Assembly (NCBI GenBank): GCA_000934665.2
Contig: KZ538330.1
Span: 1 to 64,000, forward strand
Direction of reading: 5' to 3'
DNA from: Catajapyx aquilonaris
Taxonomy: Eukaryota
Length of the DNA stretch: 64,000 nt
Below are positions 14,301 to 27,431 of this stretch, piece by piece. The notes under the pieces were generated by a model. It searched no databases. It was not told the origin of the DNA and saw only the letters and a list, made by a program, of their open reading frames with translations. Each line of letters opens with the position of its first letter. Within the stretch, counting starts at the first letter, position 1. A program made the position numbers and the translations under genes.

Positions 14301-17269
14301 TATATATATGCAATACCCTTACCAATTTTATTATGCTGGAGTTCATTGGTTTCTTCCTTATATCCAGGCTCAGCAGGGAGATGGTGGAGTTGGTGCCTAT
14401 TTGGAAGAGAACAAAGTTCCAGTTCCATTCCTGGTCATGTTGATTATCCAGTTTGCACTCATCATCATGGACCGTGCACTATATCTGCGCAAGTTCATAG
14501 TTGGAAAGTTCATCTTCCAGCTGGGACTCACTGTGGGGCTGCATCTGTGGATGTTCTTTGCCCTTCCTGCTATAACTTCAAAGTAAGGGCCTCACTACCC
14601 CAATCAATCTCATAGAATGTCATAGAATGCAACCTAGTAGGCCATATCATGAAATGGTGCCATGTACAACTTGTCTGTGACACCCTGCTCCTACAAAGAG
14701 CAAAATACTCAACATTGGTTGTAAATTTTAATAACTAATTATGGGGAGAACAGCAATTGTGCCTGGCTGAGCTAGTTATTGCACTACAGGATGTGATTGT
14801 ATTCCAAGCATTGCATTGCGTTGGAAGATGGCAGGTTCTGGCGGATTGAATTTTTAAAATTAAATCGGCCCTCATCAACTTCAACTGCAGAATTTCACTG
14901 TGTGCTTGCATACATTATAAACATTTACATTGACCCTAATGTGTTTCATTTCAGGCCTTTCAATTCAGCACTTCCACCGCAGATGTGGTATATGGTGAAG
15001 TGCTTCTACCTGTTGCTATCAGCATATCAGATTCGATCAGGCTACCCAACACGCATCCTTGGGAACTTTTTCTGCAAAGCGTACAATTACATTAACATGT
15101 TCTTGTTCAAAGCATTCATGGCTGTCCCGTTTTTGTTTGAACTGCGAGCGCTTATGGATTGGATCTGGACTGACACGAGCATGACCCTTCCTGACTGGCT
15201 CAAGTTGGAGGACATCTTCGCTAGCATTTTCCAACTCAAGGTACACTTGCCATTAGGGTGATTATTGCAGGGTTGGGATAGCTGCTGTTCAAAAAGAACC
15301 AGAAAATTCAGAATTAATGTGATAGACCAAAACAGGATGAAAATTCTTGTGCATCATTTGTGTGTAGGTGTACGAGTAAACAACTTTTGTGTGTCTCAAA
15401 CAGAGGAGTGGTTCTTCTACTTTAATAAGGAAAAACAGCAGAAACACAAATTAGTTAAACCACTCTGGTAAAACAACTTGCTGAGAAGCAAAAACTCCAA
15501 TGAGAGAGACTGTATTCAGATGCATGAGGCATTGCCATCTGTTAGGTTTGTTTTCATTGCCCACATATACATGTAATATCATTAATATGAACGTGATATT
15601 ACATGTAACTTTCAGAATAAATGAACTAATAGTGTTTTGTTTTCCCTGCAGTGCCAAAGGCGAGTAGAGAAGGAGTACCCACAACCTCGTGGTGAGAAAA
15701 AGAAGCCACTCATCAAATATGGGGTGGGAGGTGGCTTCCTCTTTGTGATTATTGCCATCATCTGGTTCCCCCTTGTCCTTTTCGCCTTGGGGAACACTGT
15801 GGGTCAACCCAACCCACCTGAGTCAGTCAGTGTCCAGCTCTCCATAGAGGGGTACCAACCCCTCTTCACTGTCACTGCTCAGCAGACCTCCCTTAAGCGA
15901 TTTTCCGAGTATGACTATGATCAACTGAGCTCAAGCTACTCAGGGCAACCAGTGGCTCTCACTTTCCTCAATGACTTTGACTACCGAGATGTTGTCGTAG
16001 CCCAGCTCAACGGAAACTCAACTGCTAATTGGGCCATTTCACCACCTGCACAGAAGCGTCTAGTTGCAGAGATCAACTCAAATACCAGCACTATTATTCT
16101 AAAACTGAATGTAGCAATACGGAGGGTCTCAGACAATCCAAGTGTGCCTGCAGAAGTTATATTTGAGATGCCTTCCATTGAGCTAAAGCATGATGCTAAA
16201 GCAATGAAAACCAGGAAAGCATTGGCAGGACTGATTGAGGGCAGCTCAGAACTTCCTGTCACCATCAACAGGATATTTCCAAAGGTCAGTCTTGCCTTTT
16301 CTCTGGGTCAGACTTGGGTTTGCTGAAATGTGCAGGCATAATTTCTCTGTTCTTTGTAAAAAATGCATTGTCCCATGTGGTGATGTATCCTGCGAGCACA
16401 TAATCTGTGTTACTTTGGAGTGCATTCTGACCACAATTGTCAGTTGGAGAACTAACCATTGTTACTATCCTTGCCACAACAGGTCCTGCAGGTTTACAGC
16501 ACAAAAAAACCCAAAGTTGTTCGACAACTTACGAAGGACGCTGACTCTAACTACGAGTACAGGAACTTGAACCTCAACCTGCAAGAGGGTCGCTTTGAGA
16601 ACACCAGCTCACTGACCCAGTGGTGGGAAGTGAGGGAGGATTGCAGCGACATGGACTCTGTCCCACCCTATCTTGGGTGGATGAAGAAGTTCACTGATTG
16701 CCGATATCTTACTCTGTTCACCTTCAACGAAAAGGCCTTCCCATCGACACTCAACTTTCTCTCAGGCGGAGGGTAAGTGCCTTTTTCATCTGAATCATAA
16801 TTAAAGAAATAATGACAACATGGCATTGTTTCAGTATCATTGGCTTGTACACAACCATTGTCTTGGTGGCAAGCAAACTAGTCCGTGGTTTCTTCTGTGG
16901 TGTGGCCTACACAATTATGTTTGATGACATGCCCAATGTGGATAGAATTCTGCAGGTATGTAATGAGAATGGGACTAGATAGGTTTAAAAAGCAAATCTA
17001 ACCAGTCACATTCAAGTAGTAATTATTATGACTTGAATGAATGTCTCTTCTTAGACTAGAGCCATGTGCATCTGTTTTAATTCACTTGGTAACATTGACC
17101 TCCACAGTTGTGCTTGGACATCTACCTGGTGAGAGAGAGTCGAGAACTGGCCCTAGAGGAAGACCTGTTTGCCAAACTTATATTCTTATATCGATCTCCT
17201 GAGACACTTATTAAGTGGACCAGGCCAAAATATGAAGACGATGATGCAGCAGCAGAAGCAGGACAGTAA
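1..17269 (+). CDS. Piezo: Piezo-type mechanosensitive ion channel, 5'-truncated by the window edge; multi-exon
   Basis: Core exons with phase-consistent GT-AG junctions: <1-25, 202-392, 461-662, 730-816, 2937-3099, 3161-3347, 3409-3584, 3664-3817, 4778-4938, 7189-7316, 7524-7676, 7943-8045, 8276-8528, 11620-11884, 12284-12693, 13554-13701, 14368-14582, 14955-15240, 15652-16284, 16483-16772, 16835-16955, 17108-17269 (TAA). Candidate alternative exons are listed in findings. Piezo motifs: [70 protein letters not shown]...[15 protein letters not shown]...[24 protein letters not shown]. Confidence 0.97.
2329..2594 (-). mobile_element. 5'-truncated SINE (family A) with (ATT)n tail
   Basis: Body shared with 4107-4353 and 48670-48855. 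The (AAT)n run at ~2327-2383 is its tail. Flanking direct repeat CATACAAATTA (2318-2328 / 2595-2605). Confidence 0.75.
4107..4353 (+). mobile_element. 5'-truncated SINE (family A)
   Basis: GGTTTTCTGTGGTTTCC...AGGCCACAGCCGCTTCCTTCC body, A-rich tail and 14-bp TSD TTACGGAATATATT (4093-4106 / 4354-4367). Confidence 0.8.
8866..9261. mobile_element. pogo/Tigger-like MITE
   Basis: TA-CACTGTACTC...GAGTACAGTG-TA terminal inverted repeats, with an internal hairpin at ~8935-9025. Confidence 0.6.
9985..10080. mobile_element. ~100-bp hairpin mini-MITE, copy 1
   Basis: GTACTATATCGCTCAAAAAGAT...TGAGTGATATAGTAC; same family as 35803-35908. Confidence 0.7.
10103..10733. mobile_element. Tc1/mariner deletion derivative with ~200-bp inverted arms
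   Basis: TA-CAGGGTGATTCTC...GAGAATCACCCTG-TA. The central spacer translates [23 protein letters not shown], resembling the Tc1/mariner transposase C-terminus. Confidence 0.85.
14028..14285. mobile_element. Degenerate pogo-like MITE followed by a (TA)n run
   Basis: GCTGTAAAACCTG...CAAGGTTTTACTG-TA ends; (TA)n at ~14286-14308. Confidence 0.45.
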
Positions 17270-17987
17270 CCTGGACAAAGAGGAAAACCTCTTTGTTAAC
17301 AATTAAGCAACTTCCCAACTAATGCAAAATGTTAAAAAGTGATGTCAGGAGAGCAATCTCTCTTTATTTTCCCTTAGAAGTGCGGGAAACGGTTGAGCAG
17401 GCAAATATGTACTTCATTTATTTTCCACTCGGTGACATTGTCTAGTCAGATAGAGTTGGACTGGTTTATAAAGTGTCCCCTTGCAGGTGCCTGCTTTTTG
17501 TACGTCTTGTGTGATTGCCACTTGTGCTGCTTCTTAATTGGCGTGGAGTTTAACCTTGTTTTTTTATAAATGAAATATCGAGTCATTTGCCTAATGAAAT
17601 GTGCTCCTTTACAAAACCTTATTTCATGCTGTAACATTCCTGACCATATTTCAGTGTCTCTCTTGCACATCTAGAGTGGTGTTTGTGATACTATATTGAG
17701 TGCCTGTGGGGGATGAGGTCAGTGGTTGTATCATCTGCTCACACTGCAAGGCTGATAACCAGGCATTATGAAGTCCTGAGAACTAGTGGGGAGCATCTTG
17801 TGATTGGGGCTGCTTTTTTCTGCACATGCTCTCATCAACCTGTCCATGAAATTGACCTTGCAGTGTGATGCTTTAGGGCCAGTTTAATTGTTGTTTTATA
17901 CATTTCCCCAGTGCTATGACATGTGCCTACAAGCCCAGTTGAGAATTTATACACTTGTTTTCTTCCTTCCCGTTGACTCATTCCTTA

Positions 17988-17993
17988 AATAAA
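17988..17993 (+). terminator. Candidate Piezo polyadenylation signal AATAAA
   Basis: AATAAA about 720 nt after the stop codon, followed by GT/T-rich sequence. Confidence 0.5.
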
Positions 17994-18124
17994 GTGGCTA
18001 TTGTGATTTGATCTATTGATTTCTTTTCAAGAGTGCCTCCATGAACAGTACATTAAATCCAAGGTCCACTACTGGCAGATATTACTGAAACATTACTGGG
18101 CAAAAACGTCTCTTGTGTGCACCT

Positions 18125-18450
18125 TTTTTTTTCCTTTCTTTTTTTACAGTACCCCATTATGGGGCCCTGGGCCCTTGTTAAGGGAGTGGGATACCACCTA
18201 CGTAGTTTGGAACCGCACATAATGTGTATGTTTTAATTGTTCCAAGGGTAGGTAGGAGGGGATGTGCATGTGCAATGTTGTATATTGGTCATTTTGTGAA
18301 CTCCCCCGGGTGGATTAGTCTAGCGGAAATTTCCACCCGAGACGAAGCCAGAGATGGCCCAACTCGGCGCGAGATGAAGGGAGGCACGCGCCCACGGATG
18401 TTAAGCATCCGTGGGCGCGTGCGTCACCGCAGCACCACTCCGCCTCCCCT
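18125..18450 (-). mobile_element. SINE-like element in the Piezo/Jarid2 convergent intergenic region
   Basis: Minus-strand 5' end GGGGAGGCGGAGTGG (A-box-like). The 3' tail GGTGGTATCCCACTCCC...GGGGTAC plus an A-run is shared with the SINE at 2329-2594. Confidence 0.55.
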
Positions 18451-19764
18451 GATTGTGGAACTATTCATTTCAGCCGAGTGTCAAGAATGCCAATGAGAAG
18501 CTAGAGTAAATATGTAAATATATTTTCAAAACAAAAACACATGACACCTTCTCAGCAGCTGAGCGCACTCCTGACCTTATTACGCCTTGACCTGAAATAT
18601 CTTTCGTTTCTGTCTGTATCTATCCACCTGTATATCTTCTAATAGACAGCCATAGTTGCTTCAGCTTCTTTCCACTAAAACAAACCATAGGTAACAGCAT
18701 CATAGTGTTTGATTTAGAAATGCAGAGAACTCATTAATCACCCCCTGCTTTATTTGTGAAAAATTCTGCATTGTAAACAAACCTATTTCCAAAAACCAGC
18801 AGATTTACCCATCAATATGTCATCAATAACAGCCCAGTATCACAAATGGGTGGCAGTGAAACTGCGCTTCATATACAAACATCTCTCGTGATAGGTGTTT
18901 ACATATCAGAGGTGTCACTAATTGAATGCCAGGAAGGGCAGGCTTGTTACAATCGTTAACATGATAAAATACAACTAATAAGCAATGCACACATTAAAAT
19001 AAGGGAAACAAAGCGATGTAGCTTGTTAGCTGCCTCAATTCAAGTGACCTACATGCATTCTCTTCCCTGCACATCAAATCTCCACACTCCCAGAGCGTGG
19101 TGGGAGACAAAATGGCATCTAAGTGCAGAAGGTGCAAAGGCACAAATGCAACCCGCTACTGGTTGAAAAATAAAAGGCGTATGTATTTAGAGCGTGCTGC
19201 GTGATTGATGGTAAACCCAGAAAAGCGGTTGATCCATGTTCTTCCATATTCATCGCCTGCTCTGGATTTACAATTGATCATTCAACATACCCTTAGTGTG
19301 CATCCAGTATCTGTAGAGCCATTCTATTGCCTGCATAGAGTAACAATTCACTAACGTAAGTCCAAAAGCAATGAATGCAGAGAAGAATGCTTCCAGCCTG
19401 TACATTGTTTGTCACTCGGTGCCTACTTAAGAATGGGTCTACAAGCCAAAGCTCATTGTGGAGCATTATTACAAAAATAAGAAAGGGATTTACAAATTTG
19501 TCACTATATAAATGGGGGAATCTAAGACAGCTTGTACAAGCAAAAATAAATATGTAACTAAAATAAAATGGTCCAATTTCCATTGACTGCCAGTGTAATA
19601 AATAAGCCAGGTACATATGAAAATTGATACAGTGGTTTGATTGCAATGAACAACTTAAAAAATGGTATTGAGAAGTGGCTGGCAAATTTTGATTTGGTGT
19701 GCTTTGTCACTACCAACCTGTTTGCGGATCAAGAAAAGGAAGGAGGAGGAGGGGACGCTGTTGA

Positions 19765-22700
19765 CTAACTCTGAGACGATGTGGATGAGCATGAAGAAAC
19801 AGAGTCAGACTTCTTGTGGGATTTTCCTGAGGCCTTCTTTTGGCTCTTCACCTGAATTTTGTCCTGGACCTTCTGCACCAGATCATTCAACTCGTCCTAT
19901 TTGAAAAGAGGGGCAAATATTAATCGGTTTTGCTTAAGAGGACTATGAAACACTTGCTCAAAGTGTGGGATACCAACATTAGATATAATCACATATTTTG
20001 TTTCATGCTGTGCAAGATAAAGGTAATGGTACCCAAGCATAAATAGGTGTGGAAGCAAATGTTCTGTGGAGAGAAAGTCAGGATGTTAAGATAGAGTGAG
20101 AGAAAAACTGACCAAGGTATATGTGTAGAGAAGCTTGCACCCTTTGGACTGTTCCTTCCTGTCAGCCAGCCAATCAACTGCATGTGGCAAGCAGAAAGTT
20201 GAGTCCTCCTGGGAGCAGACCATCATTGAGAGGTAGAGGTTGGCCCTGCAAGTCTCACACTCATATTCCACCTCATCCTGCTGCTGCCCCCTAGATGTTC
20301 CCCCACTCCCACTCGATGCTGCTTGCTTCTTCTTCCCAGTACTGACACTGATCTTCTCAGTGGCCTTCAGGTTCAGCTCTTGCAGCTTCTTTCGCCATGT
20401 CACTTCCTCTCTGCGTAGCCTCTGCAGCATTGGCAGCACTTGTTGCAATACTGGAAGCTGGCTGCGGCCATCTTGCGCAATTCCTAGGACGAGGCGATCA
20501 AGTGAGAACACACTTGGCTCGCAGCTGTCACGTATGTCCCGGAATACCTCCTCTGCTGCCCACAGCCATGACGGACGTGCGAAATACACACTCTCCGACA
20601 CCAAGTATCCAGTGCATATGGTGGATGTGAATGCACGAGGAAAGACAAGTACGAACTCGCCAGGATTCTGTACCAGTCGTGATGGAGACACACCATGTGT
20701 TACTAAGGAAGAAGGTGGAACAGCTGCTGTGTCTGATGGGAGCCAGATGGCATTTCCAGACTTGCAGTATCGGGGCACCAACTTCAACATGGCAGATCTG
20801 AACACGTCTCCCTGTGACTCCGGGACACCATACCACACCTTGCTTGCTCCAGCATGAAGGTACTCAACCCATGGTAGGGCATGGGGGTCACGATACCAGC
20901 AACATGCAGTGAACAGCATGCCCACATGTAGCGTTGGAACTGTAACCCCCATTACAGGACCCATGCAACGTAGGACTGATCCTGGATTATTGGTCAGCAC
21001 TTTGAGGTTCCATGGGTGTCGTGCAAATGGACTTGTCTTTCCACATGGAAAACCATACCCCCATACACCTGAATCAATGGAGCCTGAGTGAACGCATACA
21101 TGATGGGATCGATCAGTCACGAGCCGCCAAAACTCAGCTTCAGCCTCTGTAACTGGGGCCTCTCCAGTTCTAAACCACATGCTCATTGTATTGCGTGCGA
21201 TACGATAAAATGCGTTCAAGGGCATAGTGCGGCCTTTAACCACGCATTCCTCAGACTCATCCTCTGAGGATTCATCATCCGAATCGGACTCTTCCTCCTG
21301 CTGTGACTTTCGTTTCCAGCCAGCCTCAACTTGGTCTAGCAAACGCTCACGTTCTGAAGGACTGAGTGTGTCATATGGTAGGAGATACTTGCAATAAATG
21401 TCATCCAACTTTGCCACGCGGTCTTGGGCAGCTTTGGGAATGCGCATGTAATCTGCCACACGGACCCACCTCTTCTTCTCTATCACCTCCTTCAGGCCAC
21501 CAAAGTATTGCACACTCTGGTATAAGCGAGGGAGGTCTACCTCCATGCCTCCAATCTAGAGGGAGAAAAATGCAAGGTATTCAGACAATGGCTACCCAGT
21601 CAGTGCTTCAGGCACATGCATCATTACAGAATCTGACGGACCAAGTAAAAACCCCGTATATTCGAAAATCAGGTAGATGGAGATACAAGGGCAGATCGAT
21701 AAGTAACGCAAACAATTTAATTTAGGCAAAAGTTTAATAGATAGACAAAACTTAAGATATACATGGCGACCTTCAATCCTTTGGCTATTTTTCAACATAT
21801 GAACCGTTCTGTTGATGCATTTGTCCCACTGTGGTACATCGTTAAATGTGCCATGTTTTTAGATCTCCTTTTTTTTGCCATAAGACCTGTTTTACTGGGC
21901 GTCCGGGACAATGCTGATCAGTAATGTCTTCTCGATCCTCAGAAACGGCTTACACCATCTTGAAATGTTGCTACGGTCCAGGCATGTGTTCCCATACACT
22001 TACGTCATGTCCATGTGAATTTGGGTGGGAGTTTCCTTGCGCCCACAAAAAAGCACAGCAGCTTAATGCTCAATAAGGGTGGGTGCATTCACCATCTTTG
22101 CTGGCTTGTTCTCTTTTGATGCACTTGGGGGCACCCTGATGCAGATGTGTACAGACCTGACCATAAACTGAGCGACTTTCGTCTCTTTTCCCCCTTGAAA
22201 AAAGGCCCTATGGAAAAAAAAAACTGAGCTCTAAAAACATGGCATCTTTAACTATGTACCACAGTGGGACAAATGCATCAACAGAAATGGTTCATATGTT
22301 GAAAAATAGCCAAAGGATTGAAGGTCGCTATGTATATCTTACGTTTGGTCTATCTATTAAACTTTTGCCTACATTAAATTGTTTGCGTTACTTATCAATC
22401 CGCCCTCGATAATGCACCACTGCACTCCTCTTTGCAAGCCACACCTGTTGGTACAAAGCCTGTAACTGTAGGAGCAACCATTGCAAAGTTTTGGCCAATT
22501 GAAACATGCACTTCCATATACGATAATGGAAGCAAAAAGCCTCAAACGTGAATATCTGGAAATGACAAAAATCCGAGATACAGGGTTTGACTTGGGCCAC
22601 CAGAACTCGACATAATCACTGCCATCATAAAATTTTCAGTAAAGCATCCATTCCTACTCACCCAAGGAGGTTGCTTCAGGGAGATGTTTTGAGTGCTAAG

Positions 22701-25700
22701 GTATTTCCTGATGGCTGTCATCTCTTTGACATTTGGTCCCCAGCGATGCATCATCTTGTGAATGTACTGGTTGTATGCAGTGAAGCGCATGTTGTCATTT
22801 ACCTTGCATTCAGGTTTGAAACTGGATGGTGGGACAATTCGGCATAATCCAAATTGCTCTGCCAGAGGCCTCACTTTGTCAAAATATTCCAGAGGATCAT
22901 TGAACTCCTCCTCAGTTGGAAAAAAAGATGGGGCCTCTAACATCGATGCATTGGATGAAGCTGCTGCAGTGGCTTTTGCAGATCCAGTAAATTTTGTGGT
23001 TGCAGTGGCCTTCGCTGCTGCTGCTGCTTTTTCTGCCGCTGCCATGGCAGCAGCTGCAGCCTTGCTGGCGCGACCTTTTGAACCTGCTGCTGCTTTCCTA
23101 GGAGGTAGTGGTGATGGAAGCAGAGGTGGAGGTGGTGATATCTCCTTCTTCTTGGTTGCAGTTGAAGTTGAGGCAGTAGCAAAGGCATTGGTAGATGCAG
23201 TGGTGGATGTTTGACAGGGAGAGGTGGAGGTATGGCAGGAAGAAGTGGAAGCCACGGGGGCAGGAGGCCGGGTCACCAGCTTGGCCTGCATGACCAGTCT
23301 TGGGGGCACACCACCCTTGCCAATGGTCCCTTCCGTGCCCAACTTGAGAGCCAGGCCCAATCCTTGCCCCCCTGCACCCACCAGACCACTGCCACCGGCT
23401 GCCTGCAAGGGAATGTAGAATAGTGGCCCACTCCCACTGCTCAGGCCATCCGTCTGGGTACTGCACTCCATGCTATGCTGAAGGGAAGAGCCCACTTCTG
23501 ATTCCAACACAGTGTATTGGCCTTCCATCATCTCGTCAAGATTTACCTGGAAAGAAGGTACAAGTTTCAGACGAGGCTGTAACTTTTGCTGTGGATTACT
23601 ATAGAGTTAATCAGATTTCAAGACCATTTAGCACACTACTGCAATGGCATTGTTAGATATTACAGAATTTTAGCATTTGATGATGCACCCAGTACTGTAC
23701 TCTAGCACAAACTCATACTCTGTCCACATACATCCTAGCAAAAGTGCCACACAAGTAGAATCCCCACCTATTATCACACCTTTACCCAATTAACCCTTTG
23801 CAAGTGCATACTGCTGAAGAATTTGCAAAAAGACTTTCCATTCCCTTCATACTGATGGGACCTGTGCAATGGCCATTTCCCAGGTGCCAACTGCATTTTC
23901 TACCCCGTCAGATAATTATTCAAATACTGAAGACTCCAACAAATTGTAGAGTGCACTCATGAACAAAAAAGCTACATGAACTAAACAAAAAAGGTCTTCC
24001 TAACCTGGACTGCAATAGAGGTGCTGCTGACATTCTTGGCGAGCAGATCTGCCGGCAACTGAAGCACTGCATTAGCCCCTCCCTTATTGGCAGCCACCAA
24101 TGCCCCAACCCTCACCCCTTTGGAATCTTCTCCTTCCCCAAGAGTAGCCCCAAAGTGGTGCAAGGCAGGTTTAGTGCCGCGACTCCTGAATGGGGTGTGC
24201 AATGGAGAACTTTCCGGCTCAGATTCAAAGGCATACACACTGCTCTCGTGTTCTGGAGAGAATGGGGCAGCTGTGGAAGTGGAGGCCGTGGTGACATTGG
24301 TGCTGACAGTGGTGGTGCCTATTGCAGTGCTGGTGTGGTGCAGATCCGTGACTGTGGTAGGCTCCCTCCGGTGCAAGAAGATGGACTTGCGCCCTACCTG
24401 TCTTAGGTCACTTTCTGAGGCTGACTTCCCTAGATTGCTCGACATTGTGGTAGTTGGGGGAGATGTGGATGGGCCATCCTGAAATGAGCCTGTGCGGACT
24501 TTCATCTGCCGCCACTGGGCTGTGCTACCCCTTTCTAATGGTGGGACGCTCCTTTCCCTTGCAGTAACTTTTTTGGGCTCTGGATTATTAGCCTTGAGAA
24601 AGAGAGAAAAAGAAGAAAACATTAAGATATGGTGAGTGCAGCAAATACAGTATTTAAAGGTAGGTTGTAGGCTTTACTTCTGTCCTTACATCTACTAAGC
24701 TCCTTTCCAGCATGAAAAGGTTTTTCCGTACCTTTGGGGCGTTGCTAATTGGTATGCTGCATGGTGCACTATCCTCATCACGTGAGCTGCTCCGCAGATT
24801 CCGATGACTAGGTGACCCTGGAGGTGAGTCAACCATGTTCATGGTTTTTCTCATGGCAGCAATGACAGCACTGCGGTCATGCTTCTTTTTTCTGGCCACA
24901 GCAGCTGGTGACAATGGCTTGGGAGGAGGCCCTTCAGCAGCACGTCGCTTACTTGCCTGCCGAGTTGAGGTGGGCTCATCCTTTTTTGCTGTTGCACTAG
25001 GTGCCATTCTGAGAGGAGCTTGCTTGTTGTCTGCCTTGGTTTGCAATTGAGATGGTTTTTTTTCAGGTGGAACTAGCTTTTTGGGTGGTGGGGGAGCTGG
25101 CTTTGGGGCTGGTTTCTTCTGCTGTGTTTTCTTAGGTGCAGAACGAGCCATGGATTCTATCCTTTCTGTGAAGTACACAAATTCATCTGCATAAACCACT
25201 GTACAGTACCAAAGTACCATGTCGTCTCCATTATTCACACACAAAAAAGACCAAGAGGAGCCCAGATAATTTGATCTAGATCATGCAGAAGCTCAAAGGA
25301 CAGGAGAAAAGGAAGTGACAAAAATAGGAACTTAGGAATTGGACAAAGGAAGTGGAGTGAGTGAGAGAACCCAAGCAATATTATGACATGCAAATGACAT
25401 TTTGACATCTTATGCTCTACCTCTCCTCTCCATCCTAGGCAAGTCCAGCAAACTGTCAACTGACAAGCAATCATCATCTGCATCATCGTCGTCATCATCA
25501 TTGGCAATCAGCTTCCTCCCAATTAGCTCCAGATATATAGCGGCAGCTTCTTTAGTCTTTCTGGTGGGTCTCTTTGAAGAGAGAGATGGTTCAGGAGACT
25601 TTGTGGAAGGAGCCGGAGGTTGCCGAGTGGGAGAAGGCGAGCGTGGAGTGGAAGAACGGTGGGTGGAATAAGGAGGGGAGGCTTGTGATCGGGTCTTCCT

Positions 25701-27431
25701 GCGAAGCACAACTGCCGCCTTCCTCTCCACTGACGAGTTAGCCTTTTTCTTTGCAGGAGGTTTGACCAACTGCTGCTTCACCTTCTTCACAAGTGGTTGG
25801 TCATCATCAGAAGAAAAGTCTGATGAAGGGCTCTTAAATTTCTTGGTCTTGTTCTCAGCTTTGTTGTCTGAAATAAAAATACAATTTTGTTCAGAATCCT
25901 TTTCGCATGGGCAGGTGGAGCCAACCATCCATTGCCAGCTACAACTTTGCAAGAGTGTTCTTTCATCACATCTCTCACTAATATGGCTCAAGAATCCTAC
26001 CTTTTTTGATGACTGGCTTTGACTTCCCACTTTTCTTTCCATTTCCATCTTCCCCCCCTTTCTTCTTGATTATATCTTTCTTCATCCTAACCTCAGGTAC
26101 TTCTTTTACACCACTCACTTCACCCCTTGAACTTCTTAAATTGAATCGCTTTTCTGGTTGTTTGCTCTTAGGTGGCGATGATGGTGTCCTCAGGGCCAGA
26201 CTCCTGGTGACCATCCGCTTGGGTTGAGACACCTTTAACTTTTTCTTTGCAGCAGCAACAACCAAAACTTTAGTCCCGCTTTTCTTCACGTGTGACACTG
26301 CAGATGTCACTTCAGAACATCTTGGTTTGACTGGAGTTGCAGAGGATGCAACCCGTGTTGCAGACCTCGTTCGCATTAAAATAGATCTCCCTTTAACTTT
26401 TTGGGCCAATTTGTTAATGTCAGTGGCTCGTGTCTTGAGTAACCGCTGCTCCTGGTACTTCTGCTTTAATGCTTGAACTGCCCCTTGATCACCCTTTGAT
26501 GCCTCTGGTCGGCAGATAGCAGCAGTGCGGTCAGCCTCCGCCTTGCGGTTGGCACCAGCTTTGTCACATGCCTTTGCCACCTGGGAGTGTGGCAGGGACG
26601 GGCGGCTGCTACGTCCCCTGCTTTCCCGTCTTCCAACTTCTCTCCCGCTTTCCCTTGTAATGCCTTCTTCACTACGACCTCCACCAGCTGATTCTGGTGT
26701 CTGAGACAGTGACTCTTCTTCTGGAGAATCAGGAAGTCCTGCCAAGTTAAAGAAGTCTAGGCTAGGAGGCAGCACTGGTGTACCTGAAATATTTTTAAAA
26801 AATCATTAGTGACTCAGAGTCAATTTTCAAGCAATTCATAGCAATATTAAATCTATATCTTCACAAATGATAATGCAGCCTGGTATTGTCAAGTTGCATT
26901 TACACATTAACACCAGAAATTAAATGTCCATACAAATTAATGAACATTATTATTATCATCGAGTATCTCACATTGTAGGGGTAATTTCTTTTTCTGCAAT
27001 TATTTCTCTGGCATGAAACTATGAGTTAAAATGCAAGTGAACCTACCTCGAAGGCAAAGAAATGTGAGAAAATCCTCTGTCTTTGGCCGCTTGGAGATGG
27101 GAACCAGCTCTGATGGAGACACATTTGCACCATTTGACTTTCCCTTGTCCTTGTCCTTCACAGGTGTTAAAGCTGGACTACTGAGGTTTGATCCCTGAGC
27201 AAACTTCCTCTGCGCATGCACCTTGGTCCTGCGGAGACAACTCCCACTTTTTTGTTTTGGCCAACACCCACCCCATTTTGTTGTTAATAATATTCCAGCA
27301 TACCCTTTCCATTCAAAATCCAATGAAAATCTAAAGACATAATCTCACCTTTTTGGGGAGTCCTGCGAAGAGTCATCCAACACCTCAGACTCCTTCTTGC
27401 GCTTCTTTGCCACTATCCTTCCCACAACCAT
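19765..27431 (-). CDS. Jarid2: Jarid2/Jumonji (JmjN-ARID-JmjC-zf-C5HC2), PRC2 accessory subunit
   Basis: Approximate exons: 27431-27349, 27228-27047, 26783-26001, 25867-25421, 25165-24732, 24592-24005, 23546-22662, 21555-20113, 19896-19765 (TAG). Motifs: [39 protein letters not shown], JmjN ([17 protein letters not shown]), ARID ([16 protein letters not shown]), degenerate JmjC (CCWYRDPH...PRAFTS), Cys/His finger (CETC...CLPH). Confidence 0.95.
21686..22408. mobile_element. mariner deletion derivative with ~180-bp inverted arms in a Jarid2 intron
   Basis: CAAGGGCAGATCGATAAGTAACGCAAAC...GTTTGCGTTACTTATCAATCCGCCCTCG. Each arm encodes a mariner-like C-terminus [16 protein letters not shown]. 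The spacer on the minus strand reads [16 protein letters not shown].../CPGRP (mariner HTH). Confidence 0.85.

Noticed and set aside
20240..20857. 205-aa plus-strand ORF and other long antisense ORFs (22762-23214, 39015-39629, 15981-16268)
   Set aside because: They are shadow ORFs on the opposite strand of real exons, with no independent motifs.
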